NCBI GenBank assembly: GCA_964234715.1
Contig: OZ174275.1
Direction: 5' to 3' (one strand)
DNA: 64,000 nucleotides
Source: Podarcis melisellensis
Taxonomy: Eukaryota
Part shown: one piece after another, positions 13,801 through 26,432 of the stretch
Position numbering within the stretch: position 1 is the first letter of the stretch
Layout: each line of letters opens with the position of its first letter
Notes under the pieces: model-generated
Database searches by the model: none
What the model was told of the DNA's origin: nothing
Seen by the model: only the letters and a program-made list of their open reading frames with translations
Program-made: the position numbers and the translations under genes

Positions 13801-14781
13801 AACATTGATGACTGCAAATGGAAATGTGTGGCTAATGTGTCAAATGGACAACCAAGCAAATCAGATCTGAAGGCCCTATTCTGTGGTATAAGGCCACTCT
13901 CTGGAAGCACCCAAACAGTACTTTCACAGCAGAAAGGGTCTCCCAAAGCGAAATGAATTGGAATATTGACCAGCAATTGCTCTGATCAGTCAGTCTGAGT
14001 ATCAGTTGAGCATTTATGTGAATCCCATGCAGTGACCTATGGTGCAGTGCAGATGGCATGGACTGCTTACAAACTGCTACAGAGCTTTGGCGTAACTGAC
14101 CTGCTGATTTGTACCACTGTAAATACTCTCAAAAGATGTCTTGGAGAACTATCTTCAGAAGATGGAATTCACTTTTACATTACATGCCCCCACATTTCAA
14201 TGAATTTGAAAAGAAAAATGATTGTTGATATATGGAACTTCATAAATTGGAATAAACTGGAACATCCATAAATATGGAAGTTTAAATTGCCCTGAGTTAA
14301 ATTCTACACTCACTTCATGTAACAGAAGTTCTTTTCCTAGCTATCCCTTTCCCAGCTCTTCTTTTCCCATCAGAATAAGTTCCTTGTCAAAACAGAACAA
14401 ATCACTATGCTGAATTTACTCTATTAAATGAAGCTTTATTAAGCAGCAAAAAAGAAGTTAAGTTGTTAGCCTCATTTCACCTCAGATCAAATACAAATCA
14501 AAGAAATGTAGACATTTTAGTCTGTTGCAGAACATACAACAAGAATCCTCTAACACATTGAACTAGCAAATTATTGTGGCCTAAGATTCATGATCCACAG
14601 CCCACTTCATCAAAACCAATGCAATGCATCAATATTCTCTGAATGCTACATCCAGTAACAGCCTAACTACTAAAGAAAGATAGCCTAGTGTGTGTTTTTT
14701 TTAAAAAAGCGTACACTAATTGCTGGTCCCCATCCCCATCTGCACTGGACAATCTCAGAAAAGTCAGCTATGCCCTGCTGG

Positions 14782-14812
<31 letters not shown>

Positions 14813-14969
14813 GACACCCACCCACACCCACACCCACACGTTTCTTCCTGATAGCAACAGGGAGCATTCCTCAGCAACAGGAAAAATATACAAGGCAGTC
14901 ACACCTCACTCATTCTTGTACCCACATACACTCGCCACACACATACAAACCGCATATGCACATGCAAAA

Positions 14970-15044
<75 letters not shown>

Positions 15045-15048
15045 AACA
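14782..15048. repeat. compound (CT)n/(CA)n microsatellites
   Basis: Visible tandem dinucleotides; they explain the low-complexity ORFs here. Confidence 0.9.
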
Positions 15049-15703
15049 CACTTCATACCTGCATTTCTCCCTGTCTCTCTGTCCAAGTGCATCTCTCACA
15101 GACGTGGGTGTCCACAGGAATTTTTCCATTGGGGGAGGCAAAATTAAGCACTGAAAGGATGAAGCAGCCAATTTCTCCCCCAAAATGGGAAGAATAGTGC
15201 CTATAAGTTTTGCCTTATATCTCAGGTTCTAAAATTGTTAGAAATGTACTTTAAAAAAGAAAGGAATCTTGGAATCTGGGGATTATAGGTCATCCTGGGG
15301 GCACTAAAAAGGATTTCACATATGCCATGGTGATGTATTGTACTCAGACTCTTGGGCAAGTAACTTGTTCTTTTTGACTAGGCAGATCCCCATAGTAGCT
15401 GCTTTGTGGTGGTGCCCATAAGAGTTGCTCAAATTCCCAAATATGCCCACAGACCCAAAAGGTTGGTGACTCCAGCTCTAAAATCTTGTTATCTAAGCTT
15501 AACAATGCCTCAAGTTCACTCATGTCTTCTTCAGTTCTAATAACCTGTTTAGACACAATTTATGCTGCTTCCTTTGACCTTTCCCTGCCACCCCCAAAAA
15601 AGAAAAATCTATCAAAAAGATACAGTTCTGCCTCATGGAGAGGATCAGAAATTTGAGTTACTGCCATGTGAGTACAAACCTAATATCAAAATAATGTAAT
15701 TAC

Positions 15704-15773
15704 CAAATTCTTCCAGGACAAAGACTCCTCGCACTGTATTGCACTTTTTAATGTGATTCAGCTCTATGAAAAC
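15704..15773 (-). CDS. MADD: MADD alternative exon 34 (70 nt): [23 protein letters not shown]
   Basis: ttctttcag acceptor, G|gtaatt donor; frame-shifting cassette orthologous to human exon 34. Confidence 0.96.
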
Positions 15774-16025
15774 CTGAAAGAAAAGAGGAGGAAGACACAT
15801 GATTAGAATAAAGAAGGCAATATCAAAATAAAACAAGAACAAAAAGCACACCACAACAGTTATAACTTGGAATGTTGTAGCACATACTACCAGTTCAACT
15901 ATAGTTTACTACTTAAATCAAAAGAAAGAGAAATTGGAAAATAAAAATCCAAAAATTGCCACAATGCTAGAAATCAAGAAACAACTTAAAAGGCTAAGAA
16001 GCTAAGACAGCAGAAGATGGAGTAC

Positions 16026-16034
16026 CTTCCGCTC
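16026..16034 (-). CDS. MADD: 9-nt microexon (ERK) in intron 33
   Basis: Consensus branch point tactaac, long pyrimidine tract with tgc, ctgcaag|GAGCGGAAG|gtactc; phase 0-0. Confidence 0.75.
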
Positions 16035-17593
16035 CTTGCAGGAGGAGAAAGCATGGAAGAGAAACGAAAGAGTTAGTAACTCTTGACATATCCAACATTG
16101 CTACCCCCTTCAGGCACTCAACTGAGTTACAGCAAAAAGAAAAACCAACACACTTTGAAATGAAAGAAAAGGAGGGACACAGACTGCTTCCAGATTTGGT
16201 CTGTCATTTGTGGTCTTGCCCCATCCCATTAAATGTCTGCCTCTCCATGCATCCTCCTCCGGCACAGAGGGCAGGCAAGAGGTGCCATGCTTCCCACCCA
16301 AACCAAGGGTTTTTCTTCTATATTTCCACACGTGACGATGCTCAAGATTTACAGACTGCAAATTACACTAAGTGCTAAAACAAAGGGAGGTTGAGGGGAA
16401 AAAAGAAGCAGCAGCAGGTTTTCACTTCTCTGACTCAGAAACCCAAGTGTGTAAAAATAAATAAGCTATCTTATTTTAGTAGTCCATTCAACACCCAAAG
16501 TAGCTTCTCAAACATCCATGCGCATCTTGGAAAGTGCAATCACAGCTGTTTCATTCAGGACGAGGGGTAATATATGGCCTATGTGGAAAAGTACAGGAGG
16601 GAAATCAGAATATCTCTATACTAAGATCTCTCCAAACAGTGGCAAAATCCCAGGTGTTTTTCTATTAGCACTATACTTACACTAGCATACATAAAATGTC
16701 AATATTATGATATGCCATCCCCAAAGAATGGGAGGATAGTCTGTTTACAGGGATATGATGGGAGAGATAAGTAGGAGACTGCTTTATTAAAGGAAGATAG
16801 CCTGCTTTGTTCCTTAAAACGCACTTAAAAATCTAGCAATTTCTCATTTAAAAAAGTATAGTATTAATTCCTAGGAAAAGATGCAACATCCCTGAAACAG
16901 AAATGCTTCTGGAGGGAAAGATGTTCCCCAACTAACTGAATAACATGTTTATTATGTTGTATATTGCGTAACTGACAAAGTCCTTAGAATCATTCATTTA
17001 TCAGAAAAATAAATAAAAAGCTTACAAGGGATGATTACACCTGTCTCTATCCTTTTCTGTTTTACCAGAATCTACAATCTCAGTGTTTACCCAGTGCATG
17101 GCTGCAAAAAAATAGGTTGTCAGCAATAAGTTTCCAAATCTTGACAATACCACAACAAAGGGCTTGTTATTTGGGCAAAATACAGCAATACCTATCATGC
17201 TAGAGTCCATTTGGGTTTACAGTTTTGGGGTGCTTTGGGAATCTACTGCTGCATCTGGGATTACAGATTGCAACAGTGGACAAAGTTATAGCCCCAGAGC
17301 ATGATTTAAGGATACTGTACATGATTTTGCTACTTCGTTGGCAAACCATTGGGAACCCTGTGTAAATTATCTTATTTCCATGATGGAATAAAGGCATGAA
17401 AAGTATGTACAATTCAGTTGACACAGTCCCCCAAACAGCTTAAATACACAGAGAAGTGTGAATTAGAATACACTTAGAATAAATGGTGAATTAGAATACA
17501 CTTGAAAATTTATAAAGAATTGACTTGCTTTATTCCCAAGGCTCAAATGGCAAGTTATGAGGCAACTATAGGATTCCAAACTCTGTCATTATA

Positions 17594-17723
17594 AATGGGT
17601 GTAGCCAAGGGGAAGGCAGGGGGGCAGCTGCCCCCCTAAATCAATACCAACCAATACAAATCTGAGGTTCTGCCCCATAACAAAAGCCTGCCCCTCCTAA
17701 CAAAAATCCTGGCTACGCTCATG
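17594..17723. mobile_element. small GC-rich MITE
   Basis: TIRs atgggtgtagcca / tggctacgctcat; flanked by the direct repeat CATTATA. Confidence 0.6.
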
Positions 17724-18400
17724 CATTATAGTGCTTAAATCCTTCCACTGCCCCTGTATTATCTCCTGAAAATCCCTGCCTTACAGTTATTAACCAATTT
17801 TTCCCCAGGTCAATTCCAAGACCAGAAGCCAGACCAACTGGGGGGAACAGCTAGTGGAGGGAGGCATTTACAGGGGGAATCAATAGGTGCCAGAAGGTTC
17901 ACACACGCCACTTCTGCCCACTGATTCTCCTCAAGAAAAGTCCCAATTCATGCAGTCATGTCACCCTGGCAAACACAGGTTTGGGTAGACACATTTGATG
18001 AGATAGACCAAATGGTTAGAAATTCAAGGAAATCAGGTTTATACACAAAGACTTCTGATCAGCACTTTCTGTGCTTCATTAGCTACACACACACACACAC
18101 ACCCGCCCATGTATTCAAAGTAGCAAATGCTCAATCATTGTTGAAAAGTGAGTATGTAATCCCACAGAGCCATTTCTGCTAAAAAGCATCTTGCTTCTTG
18201 AGCAGTGCAAGTGGCCATACTGGAAAGTTAAAAACAAAAACACTTCCACCTGTATGTATATTTCTCCCCAGCATATGTGAACAGCTTCGCTGAATCTCAG
18301 CCTAGGGCTCCTAGGGACACCAATAGAACTTAGAAAAAAAACTTAGAAAAACAACAGAACACTGCACAAAAGACTGACTGACAAATTTAACTCTCTCCCC

Positions 18401-18403
<3 letters not shown>

Positions 18404-18471
<68 letters not shown>
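18404..18471. repeat. (CT)n(CA)n microsatellite
   Basis: Visible tandem dinucleotides. Confidence 0.9.
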
Positions 18472-18472
<1 letters not shown>

Positions 18473-18744
18473 AACCCAATCCTAAAATTGATTCCACAGC
18501 ATATGCAAAACAAACATGAACACCAAGCAAAAGAAAAACAATGATCAAGAGAAGCAAAAAAGAAAACACATCCAGAGAAAAGAACAGAGTGGCACACAAA
18601 TCCATTTGTGTTTCCTCTATACCTAGAGATAATGACAGATTCAAAAGGGAATAAATAATGACATCTGTATCTTTATGAGAAAAAATGTTTCTCTCTGATT
18701 TATTGAACAGCCTCTGCTTTCAACCACATTGCCCTGCCCCACCC

Positions 18745-18980
18745 ATTTAGGGGGTGCAGCCACATGACGCGTCATGTGACACCACCTGGTGTACACCAGG
18801 CAGGGGCAGGACTCATGGAGGGCGGCGATCTTTGCGCTTGCTCGTCCCAGCCCCTACCCGGCTCCTGGGCAGAGGCTGGCCAGTGGCAGCCCCCTCAATA
18901 TTGGGGGGGGGGCACAGCACCTTTCCCCTAAATATTAGGGGGCTGGAGCCCCTTGCGCCCCATATACCTAGCGCCGCTGC
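18745..18980. mobile_element. GC-rich DNA-transposon remnant with internal palindromes
   Basis: GC/CpG-rich patch in an AT-rich intron with several short hairpins; only one terminus is recognisable. Confidence 0.45.
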
Positions 18981-19607
18981 AGATGAATTACACATGATGC
19001 AGGCTACCTTACGTTTTAAAAAAAGTTTGCTAATGCCAATTTTAATTCATTTTTCCATAAAACGGTAGTCATGAATTCACCCAAGTTAAATGGTGAGCAA
19101 ATTGTTCTATAAGGCTGGATGGTAATTTTTTTAAATAAAAAAACACTGGTTTTTTTCTACGTCCATACAATATACCTCAGTGTTCCAAGACTAAATATTG
19201 TTGGAAATTGTTTTGGAAATCCAATGTAAGCGAACCTCACCATCACCTGAATTGCATTTTTTTCTTCAGTTTGAAAGAACAAAATACATCTATAGCATCA
19301 TTAAGAAGACTGAATGAACAACCCCATATGCTGGTTGCAGAAAAACTAAAGCTCATTTAAAGAATTATTTGGGTTAGGGCCATTATTTTTGTTGGTAATT
19401 TGTGAATTCTGCGTACTAGTATATAGAGTTAATATTTCATTCGGAGACAGATACTACATAATTTGAATACTAACTGAGATTCTCTTAACTGCGGAGGAAA
19501 ATAATTGTCTTTCTCCTTCACCTCCCCAAGGGAAGAGGAAACACATTTATTGGTGCACTTTAAGAAGCTCCATGCTCAAATACTCTTGTTCAAGGGTTTT
19601 TTCCTAC

Positions 19608-19714
19608 CTGACTGTGCATGAATTTCAGGTTAATCCCTTCCAGTGTGACTTGGAGAAGCCCCCCTTCACCAGTTTTCATATCCTGCACTGGGAATTCCCC
19701 ACCCAGTTCGGGGC
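19608..19714 (-). CDS. MADD: MADD exon 33 (107 nt): [36 protein letters not shown]
   Basis: ttgcag acceptor, CAG|gtagga donor. Confidence 0.97.
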
Positions 19715-20040
19715 CTGCAATGTAAAAGGAAAACAGAAAAAAGGAGGAAAATGCTTCCCAATACAAAGTGATTTACGCACACAGAAAAACATAGGACACT
19801 GCATTTAGAGGAGGATCAAAGAAGCAAACCCGTTCCTCAAAACGGTGCCATAGCACATCTGATTTCTATAGCATGGATAACAATAAGCAATATAGAGATG
19901 CTAACTAGATGTCTGCAAAGACTGGTACTTTAGAGATCATGATATGTTTTGTCATTTATGCCTGTTAAATTCTTATGAAGGATAACCAAAGAGCTCTAGC
20001 CCTAAGCAGTAGCCTAGCATTTCATTATGTTACTATAAAG

Positions 20041-20500
20041 CATGGGTAGGCAAACCAAGGCCTGGGGGCCATATCCGGCCCATTCGCCTTCTAAATCCGG
20101 CCTGCGGATGGTCCGGGAATCAGTGTGTTTTTACATGAGTAGAATGTGCCCTTTAATGTAAAATGCATCTCTGGGTTATTTGTGGGGCCTGCCTGAAGTT
20201 TTTACATGAGTAGAATGTGTGCTTTTATATAAAATGCATCTCTGGGTTATTTGTGGGACCTGCCTGAAGTTTTTACATGAGTAGAATGTGTGCTTTTATA
20301 TAAAATGCATCTCTGGGTTATTTGTGGGGCCTGTCTGGAGTTTTTACATGAGTAGAATGTGTGCTTTTATATAAAATGCATCTCTGGTTATTTGTGGGGC
20401 ATAGGAATTCATTCTTTTTTTTCCAAAATATAGTCTGGCCCCCCAAAAGATCTGAGGGACAGTGGACCAGCCCCCTACTGAAAAAGTTTGCTGACCCCTG
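20041..20500. mobile_element. non-autonomous hAT element with an internal 71-bp tandem repeat (x4)
   Basis: TIRs CATGGGTAGGCAAAC / GTTTGCTGACCCCTG; 8-bp TSD ctataaag/ctataatg; repeat units start at 20127, 20198, 20269 and 20340. Confidence 0.85.
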
Positions 20501-21228
20501 CTATAATGTCTCACTGACTCACAAGCCCCACAACACAAGGGCCAATCTGTTGATGTTCCTGCAACTTTGTACTGTTTTGTTCTGGCCTGACGGGTGACAA
20601 TCTTGCTGACACTTGAACTGTTATTTTCAGTGTGGACAAATGATGTGCTAATGTTACACTTTAAACTGGGAGTGGTTTTAGTCTGCAGAATCATTTTGAC
20701 AATCTTTCTGAGCAGGAGAAAGGCTCTGTGAGCAGGAAATAAGTGACATTTCCTTCATTTCCTTATAGGCTACCTACACACCTACGAGTTATTGAACATA
20801 TATGGATTTTTAAAAAAATTCTGCAAATGTCTAAATGTGTAGCTGTGTACAATTTTTCTAGTGGAGCTTAAAACTTCTGCAAAGGATCAGGTGTGTATCT
20901 TGGAGGTGCTGGGAGATTTTGGGTCTTTAGGACATTTACGGGGCTTGGTGGAAGAGAAGATTCAAGAGCAACCATGTCCTAGTCATCTGGCTGCTCAGCT
21001 CAGTATCCCATTATTACAGCAATATCAGGGGAAATAAATAATGTTTATTTCTCCCCTGGCAATTCCTTGAAGGAAAGTCAAATTCCTTTCTGGCATCAGC
21101 ATTTCCAGAGTGAAAAGGAGGGGTAGTATTTTCAGACCCTTTAATATAAAGGACAACACACACCCAAAAACTCTTTTAGAAAGTTGTGGCACTTGCCAAA
21201 GCTCATCTATGGCCGTTAAGGCTCTTAC

Positions 21229-21301
21229 CAGGTTTTGTGCTTTGTTGTCTTGCCGCTGCTCGCTCCATACTGTCTTTTACACAATAATATAATTCCCGGC
21301 A
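21229..21301 (-). CDS. MADD: MADD exon 32 (73 nt): [24 protein letters not shown]
   Basis: gttgtag acceptor, G|gtaaga donor. Confidence 0.97.
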
Positions 21302-22310
21302 CTACAACGGATTAAAATAAATAAATAGGTTTTCTGCAGATACATAATGGAGATTCATAAAACGTAGAGCTAATACAGTGGCGAGAACGTAATAGCGCAA
21401 AGAATAATAAAGCATACAAACAAACATTTTTAAGTACATATTAATTATCTGCCACATTTCCTCCAAGCAGCTCAACTTCTTGAAGGAAAGTTGGGATACA
21501 ATGTACAGGAAATAATAGTAGTATTTTAGACCATACTTTTAAAAATATTTGCTAAAAATAATAAAATGCGGTTATTTCAAAATACAACATTATTTTGAAA
21601 TACGTTTGGGATGAAAGGATGAGGAACTTAAAAGGCAAGACATTTTTATGATTATTCTGTTTTAATGGCATTTTATGCTTTTTGCATTTGTAAATTTTCT
21701 TGAACTGATCTCTTATATGAGATTTATATGAGATTCTCTTATATGTATTTTTATAAACAAACAAACAGTGGTGTTTGGTCCACATATAAAGCTCTATTTT
21801 TTCTTTATTTTATTAAATTTATATCCCATCTTTCTTTAGTCATAGAATCTCATGATATAACTGTTTCCCTTACAAACAATTTGCAACAGCTGATTCTGAA
21901 ATTCTCTATATGTGTGTAAATGAATGCTATCCAAATATGTTATTTTATTAAAACAAAGCACTGTAACTTCCTCATGTTACAGGCAAAAATGTTACATAGG
22001 TCTCCAGATCCAAGATGCATCTATCCCAACATAAACCCAAGATTAGGATGTGAGCATTTCAATAGCAATGTTCTACCCACATCTCTCCATTGGAAACTAT
22101 GCTTAAAATTGCTGTTATGGGTGGAGAGTGGTGCAACTCAAACCATGGAAACAATATCTTGTGACACCACTTAAGAAAAGCTTCTCGCATTGTATGTCAG
22201 CTGCTGATTATCTCAGCATCAAAACTCTGCAGCAGATTCAAAGACAGATTAACATAAATGGTCCAGTAGAATACTAAGTCACTGTAAACAGAACACTGTA
22301 GAAAATGTAC

Positions 22311-22475
22311 CTTTTTGGTGTAGAACTTATTCAATTGTGTCTCCTGGCCGTTCCTCCTCCAGAGACAAAGCACTTTTGTTTTGGGACAGTATGTCATGTT
22401 GATGAGCTTCTCATACCACCAGCGTTCATACACCGTGCCAATGTTACTCCTCAGCACAATGCAATCATCGCATAC
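22311..22475 (-). CDS. MADD: MADD exon 31 (165 nt): [55 protein letters not shown]
   Basis: ctccag acceptor, AAG|gtacat donor. Confidence 0.98.
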
Positions 22476-22561
22476 CTGGAGACGTATATATTATTACAGA
22501 GGGATCGCCATACAATCCAATTAACAGCAAACATTTTGTTAACTTTTAACCTGGTCTCTAC

Positions 22562-22669
22562 CTCCATGAAGAAGATATCCCCTGTTGTGTCTGTGCCAGC
22601 ATGTACAACAAATGTTTGCTTCTTGATATGTCTGCTGCCACTGGGTCGGATTTGGAGCTCCCTGCCATT
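22562..22669 (-). CDS. MADD: MADD exon 30 (108 nt): [36 protein letters not shown]
   Basis: ctttttag acceptor, GAG|gtagag donor; followed by an 86-nt intron. Confidence 0.97.
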
Positions 22670-23935
22670 CTAAAAAGAAGGAAAAATCCTATTAAAAACC
22701 TTCCACTTTAATATATACTTCAGCTTCAGCAAGTCATATCTCACCCATCTCCTGTAAGTAAAAGTAAAATTGGATTAAAACACTGAAAAGCAGCAAGTAT
22801 TTTTTCAGTACTAGGGAGCAGTTTTCAGCCCCGTAAGGAGGAGGAATGGGGCACGTTTATGAGTTTGTACATGCTCCACCGATGTGCACAATGACCCAGA
22901 ACAAGACCCCTGTGCAAATGGGGAGTTGACTATAACTCTGCACCCAAAGTTTTCAGAGTCAGAGGAGAATCTGGCTAGCTTGCACCCAATTTTGTTTTTA
23001 AAGCATACACTTAACACAATGTATCTACACACTGATGTAACATGCACATGCAACAACTATGCTTTCTAAAAACATGTGTATGGTGGGGGAGGCACAGCAA
23101 GCAAAAAGAACATGGGAAACCCATCAACTAATTTCTCTTTTAGTAGCACTATCAGAGAAGTAAAGATGGAATCCAGTGCTGTGCTCTTCCAATTGTTCTG
23201 TCTGCACAAGCATTGAAGCTTGCCAAGTGGAATGATTCCCCCCTCTCCCCTACAGCCGTTCTGAGGGTTCTCACTGAATCTCAGGATATAGCATCTTCAA
23301 AAAGCCCCAAAGACACCCACCCTAGAGAAGCAGCCAGCAACTACAGCAATAAAAAGAGCTGGTTTTCCCCCAGAAGCAGCTGGTTCAGTTCCTTACCCAG
23401 GCTTTTAACAAAACAAGAGATTAAGCCTAGAGAAGCTGCTTACCCATTCAGCTACTAAGGAGGAGTTTAGGAAGCAGCAGTTAGTGCCTCCAGTCCAGTA
23501 GGAAACTGGCAGACCCCAGCCCAGGCAACAGTGAGAAGGCAGCTTGTAGCAAGAATTTCCTTCTACAGCTCTTGAGAACAACACTATAAAAAGTTCAGAA
23601 AGATCTGACCTCTGTGTCTCCTGTCTTGAATAAAACAGGTGAGGAGTCTGATTTTCTGTCAAGCAAGGTATTGCTGAGTAAATCTATACCATCCAAAGAT
23701 CTGGGTCCCACTAGCCCTTGCCATAAAAAGTACGTGCAGAAGGCAAGATATCAGAATGTTTCTATCTGCAGTATTTTAATCTTGTACACAATTTGTGAAA
23801 TACATTATAAAAGAGGAACATAACTCTTTTCAGATTTGTAGCAATCAACACTGCCATTTGAACTGCAGTGAAAGATAATCCTCCTCTCCTATCGAAGGAA
23901 CAGAGATATAGATACAGAGGTAGTCAAAGACTTAC

Positions 23936-24046
23936 AATATTGGCAATTTTGTCGAGTATTTCATTTATTTCTTGACTATGCACTAGGCCAATGTGAGATT
24001 TTCCCATCAAACGGCGTACTTTCTTCCTAATATCGTTCTTGGACAC
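23936..24046 (-). CDS. MADD: MADD exon 29 (111 nt): [37 protein letters not shown]
   Basis: gtgtag acceptor, ATT|gtaagt donor. Confidence 0.97.
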
Positions 24047-24412
24047 CTACACAGCAAAATACAGCATTTGGTTACTGACATCTCCCTAAGCACTTGCATA
24101 TAGATTTATATTTCAGTACATAGACAAGAGCTCATTTGCTGTGTTCCAAAGAGTTTAAACTACCATAGAAACAGGTCAATCAAGAGAATAAACAAGTAAC
24201 TGCAGAAATCAAGTAAGAAGACATCCCATTGACCTAAAAACAAAGCAAAAACAAAGTATGACATTTCATTATTTCTGCAATTAATATGGGTTTCCTCTTG
24301 CATAGGGGGGTTAAAAAATTTGTGGCCACAGGAGACCCATATTTCTCCCATACCCTACCACAAGTCTCACAAAAATGTGCAAAAATTAAATTAAAATATG
24401 AAAAAATGGCAC

Positions 24413-24518
24413 CTTCAACATAAGCATGTAGGCTATCATATTGTGAAGCAGCGTAGCCAATAAGCGGTCTTCGTCATCTTCTAAACGCTTCCGGTCATGT
24501 TCTCCTAGAGACAAATAC
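24413..24518 (-). CDS. MADD: MADD exon 28 (106 nt): [35 protein letters not shown]
   Basis: ttttgtag acceptor, AAG|gtgcca donor; death-domain-like region. Confidence 0.97.
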
Positions 24519-25154
24519 CTACAAAAGGAACACACATGTACTTGAGTCTCTGATGGACTTTTAGCCACTAACTGCAAAGAAAGATGCAAAATGTTCTGCA
24601 TCCTCTTCCTTCTTTTATCTTTTTTAATGGAATTAAATCTCTCCACATACCCAGTACCAGATGACCAGAAATTAAACTTAGCCTTAAGTTACATTTCCTT
24701 TTATAGGCCCAATATCAAAAGACAAGCAAAGGTTCAGGGAGGTCCAAGGTGGTGGGAGGGTTTTTTATTGGTTTGTGGGTTTTGTTCTTGCTTTTATCAT
24801 GTATTTTGCATTTTTATATTGCATTTTATGTTGATATCCACCCAGAGATGTACGGATGAAGGGTGGCATACAAATTAAAATAAATAAATAAATAAATATT
24901 TCTAAAGACAGACTTTGTGTATAAAGAAAATTAAATTTGGAACAAAGTCTTAATTTTTTTTTAAAAAAAAGGTAGAAAAAATGTAATCTGTTTAATAAAA
25001 AAAACTCTAAGCAGTATACAGTACATAAATTGATATAAAGTAATTATTTATTTCAACAAATTTACTCAGAATAAAATCACATCCTGAATTCCCAGAAAGC
25101 AGTTAAATAAATAATGGAGAGTGAGTGAAAAATTGCAGAGAATTTGTAATTTAC

Positions 25155-25275
25155 CTGTCAATCATCTCCTGAGGCCCCTGATCCATTCCCATTCCTTCTC
25201 TTTCCAACATCACAGCATCCAGGTAAGCATCTTCCCAGAACTGCATGTGGTCCCACAGGGTTGATCGTTCTTTGC
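25155..25275 (-). CDS. MADD: MADD exon 27 (121 nt): [39 protein letters not shown]
   Basis: atctag acceptor, AG|gtaaat donor. Confidence 0.97.
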
Positions 25276-25673
25276 CTAGATAGCAGAGAATAAATTAATC
25301 CAGAAGACCAATAATTTTGCAAAGAAAAAACCTTTTTCACCACAAGATGTGCCAAGTAATCAACACCACCATCATCATAGTACCACCACAGCAAAATCAG
25401 TTCTGTTAAACACACAACTGAGATCACAACAAGCCAGGAGAGGCAAGGTTCCCTGTCCTAACTCACTGTATATATTGCAAACATTTATGGTCCCATCTTG
25501 CTACCTTGCCTAAAGCAGTGCACCAACTTTATTGCGTTCTGTGTTATTGTTTTCCTCTATCAGTATTCACCAAATGCAGAATGCAGGAACAAGAAAAGAA
25601 CAGTGGAGTGTATAGGAATACATGTGAGAAATCTTTTTAATACACACAGAAAAGCAAAAAGAAGAATTATTAC

Positions 25674-25736
25674 TCATAGAGAAGGTTTCCATGGCAGCAT
25701 CCTCTAATTGGTCCCAGACAGATCCTTTATCCCTCC
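25674..25736 (-). CDS. MADD: MADD alternative exon 26 (63 nt): [21 protein letters not shown]
   Basis: UGC-rich 3' splice site (tttgctgccatgttgctgcttgcttggaactataaag), A|gtaata donor; orthologous to human exon 26. Confidence 0.93.
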
Positions 25737-26344
25737 CTTTATAGTTCCAAGCAAGCAGCAACATGGCAGCAAAGAGGAGAAATGAGACATATAACAAGAC
25801 TGAGCAACCTTTCTGGAATAATGAGACTCAGGAGAAAAAGTGCAGTGAAAAACATGCTACATATTGCAATTGTGGTCGAAGGTCATGCCTCTTCTAATAC
25901 ATCAATATAGTCTGATCTTTAGCATACTGTGTTATGAAACAACTTCCCTGCTCAGGATACCATTTTAAATATACACTTGATTTGACAGCATGTACCTAAT
26001 ATGATAAATCTGTAGCCCACTGATTGAATGTGGCCCATGCAGCCTTCTGGCCTGAACCCCACCACCATCCTTGACCACATTTTCTTTGCTGCTGAGCCAT
26101 AATCTCTTAACAGCTAAGCAGGTGGCAGGAAGGATAAATTCTTGCCACACAGCATAGAAGCATAGTGAGCGCCTTCTACCCTGAGCCCGAAATGTAACTT
26201 TTTATCAACTGGGCAACGAGGGGTCGGGACAGAACCATCATGGACTGCATGTACCTCATGCTGGAAACTTTGAGGGTGATTGCACCCTCCACAAATCAAC
26301 AACTTTCCACCGCCACAACCAAATGTCTGGATTTTCACTTCTAC

Positions 26345-26432
26345 TTTAGAGTTTTGTTTTCTTACTTTTGGGTTCAAAAAAATAGGGGTCGTCTTATACA
26401 TGGGGGCGTCTTATACAAAGAAAAATATGGTA
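26345..26432. mobile_element. Tc1/mariner-type MITE terminus
   Basis: Duplicated gtcttataca motif ending in gaaaaatatgg-TA. Confidence 0.45.

Noticed and set aside
14688-15197. 169-aa ORF and overlapping ORFs
   Set aside because: Produced by (CT)n/(CA)n microsatellites.
20127-20400. Regularly spaced repeats resembling a CRISPR array
   Set aside because: These are head-to-tail 71-bp units with no unique spacers, inside a hAT MITE in a vertebrate intron.
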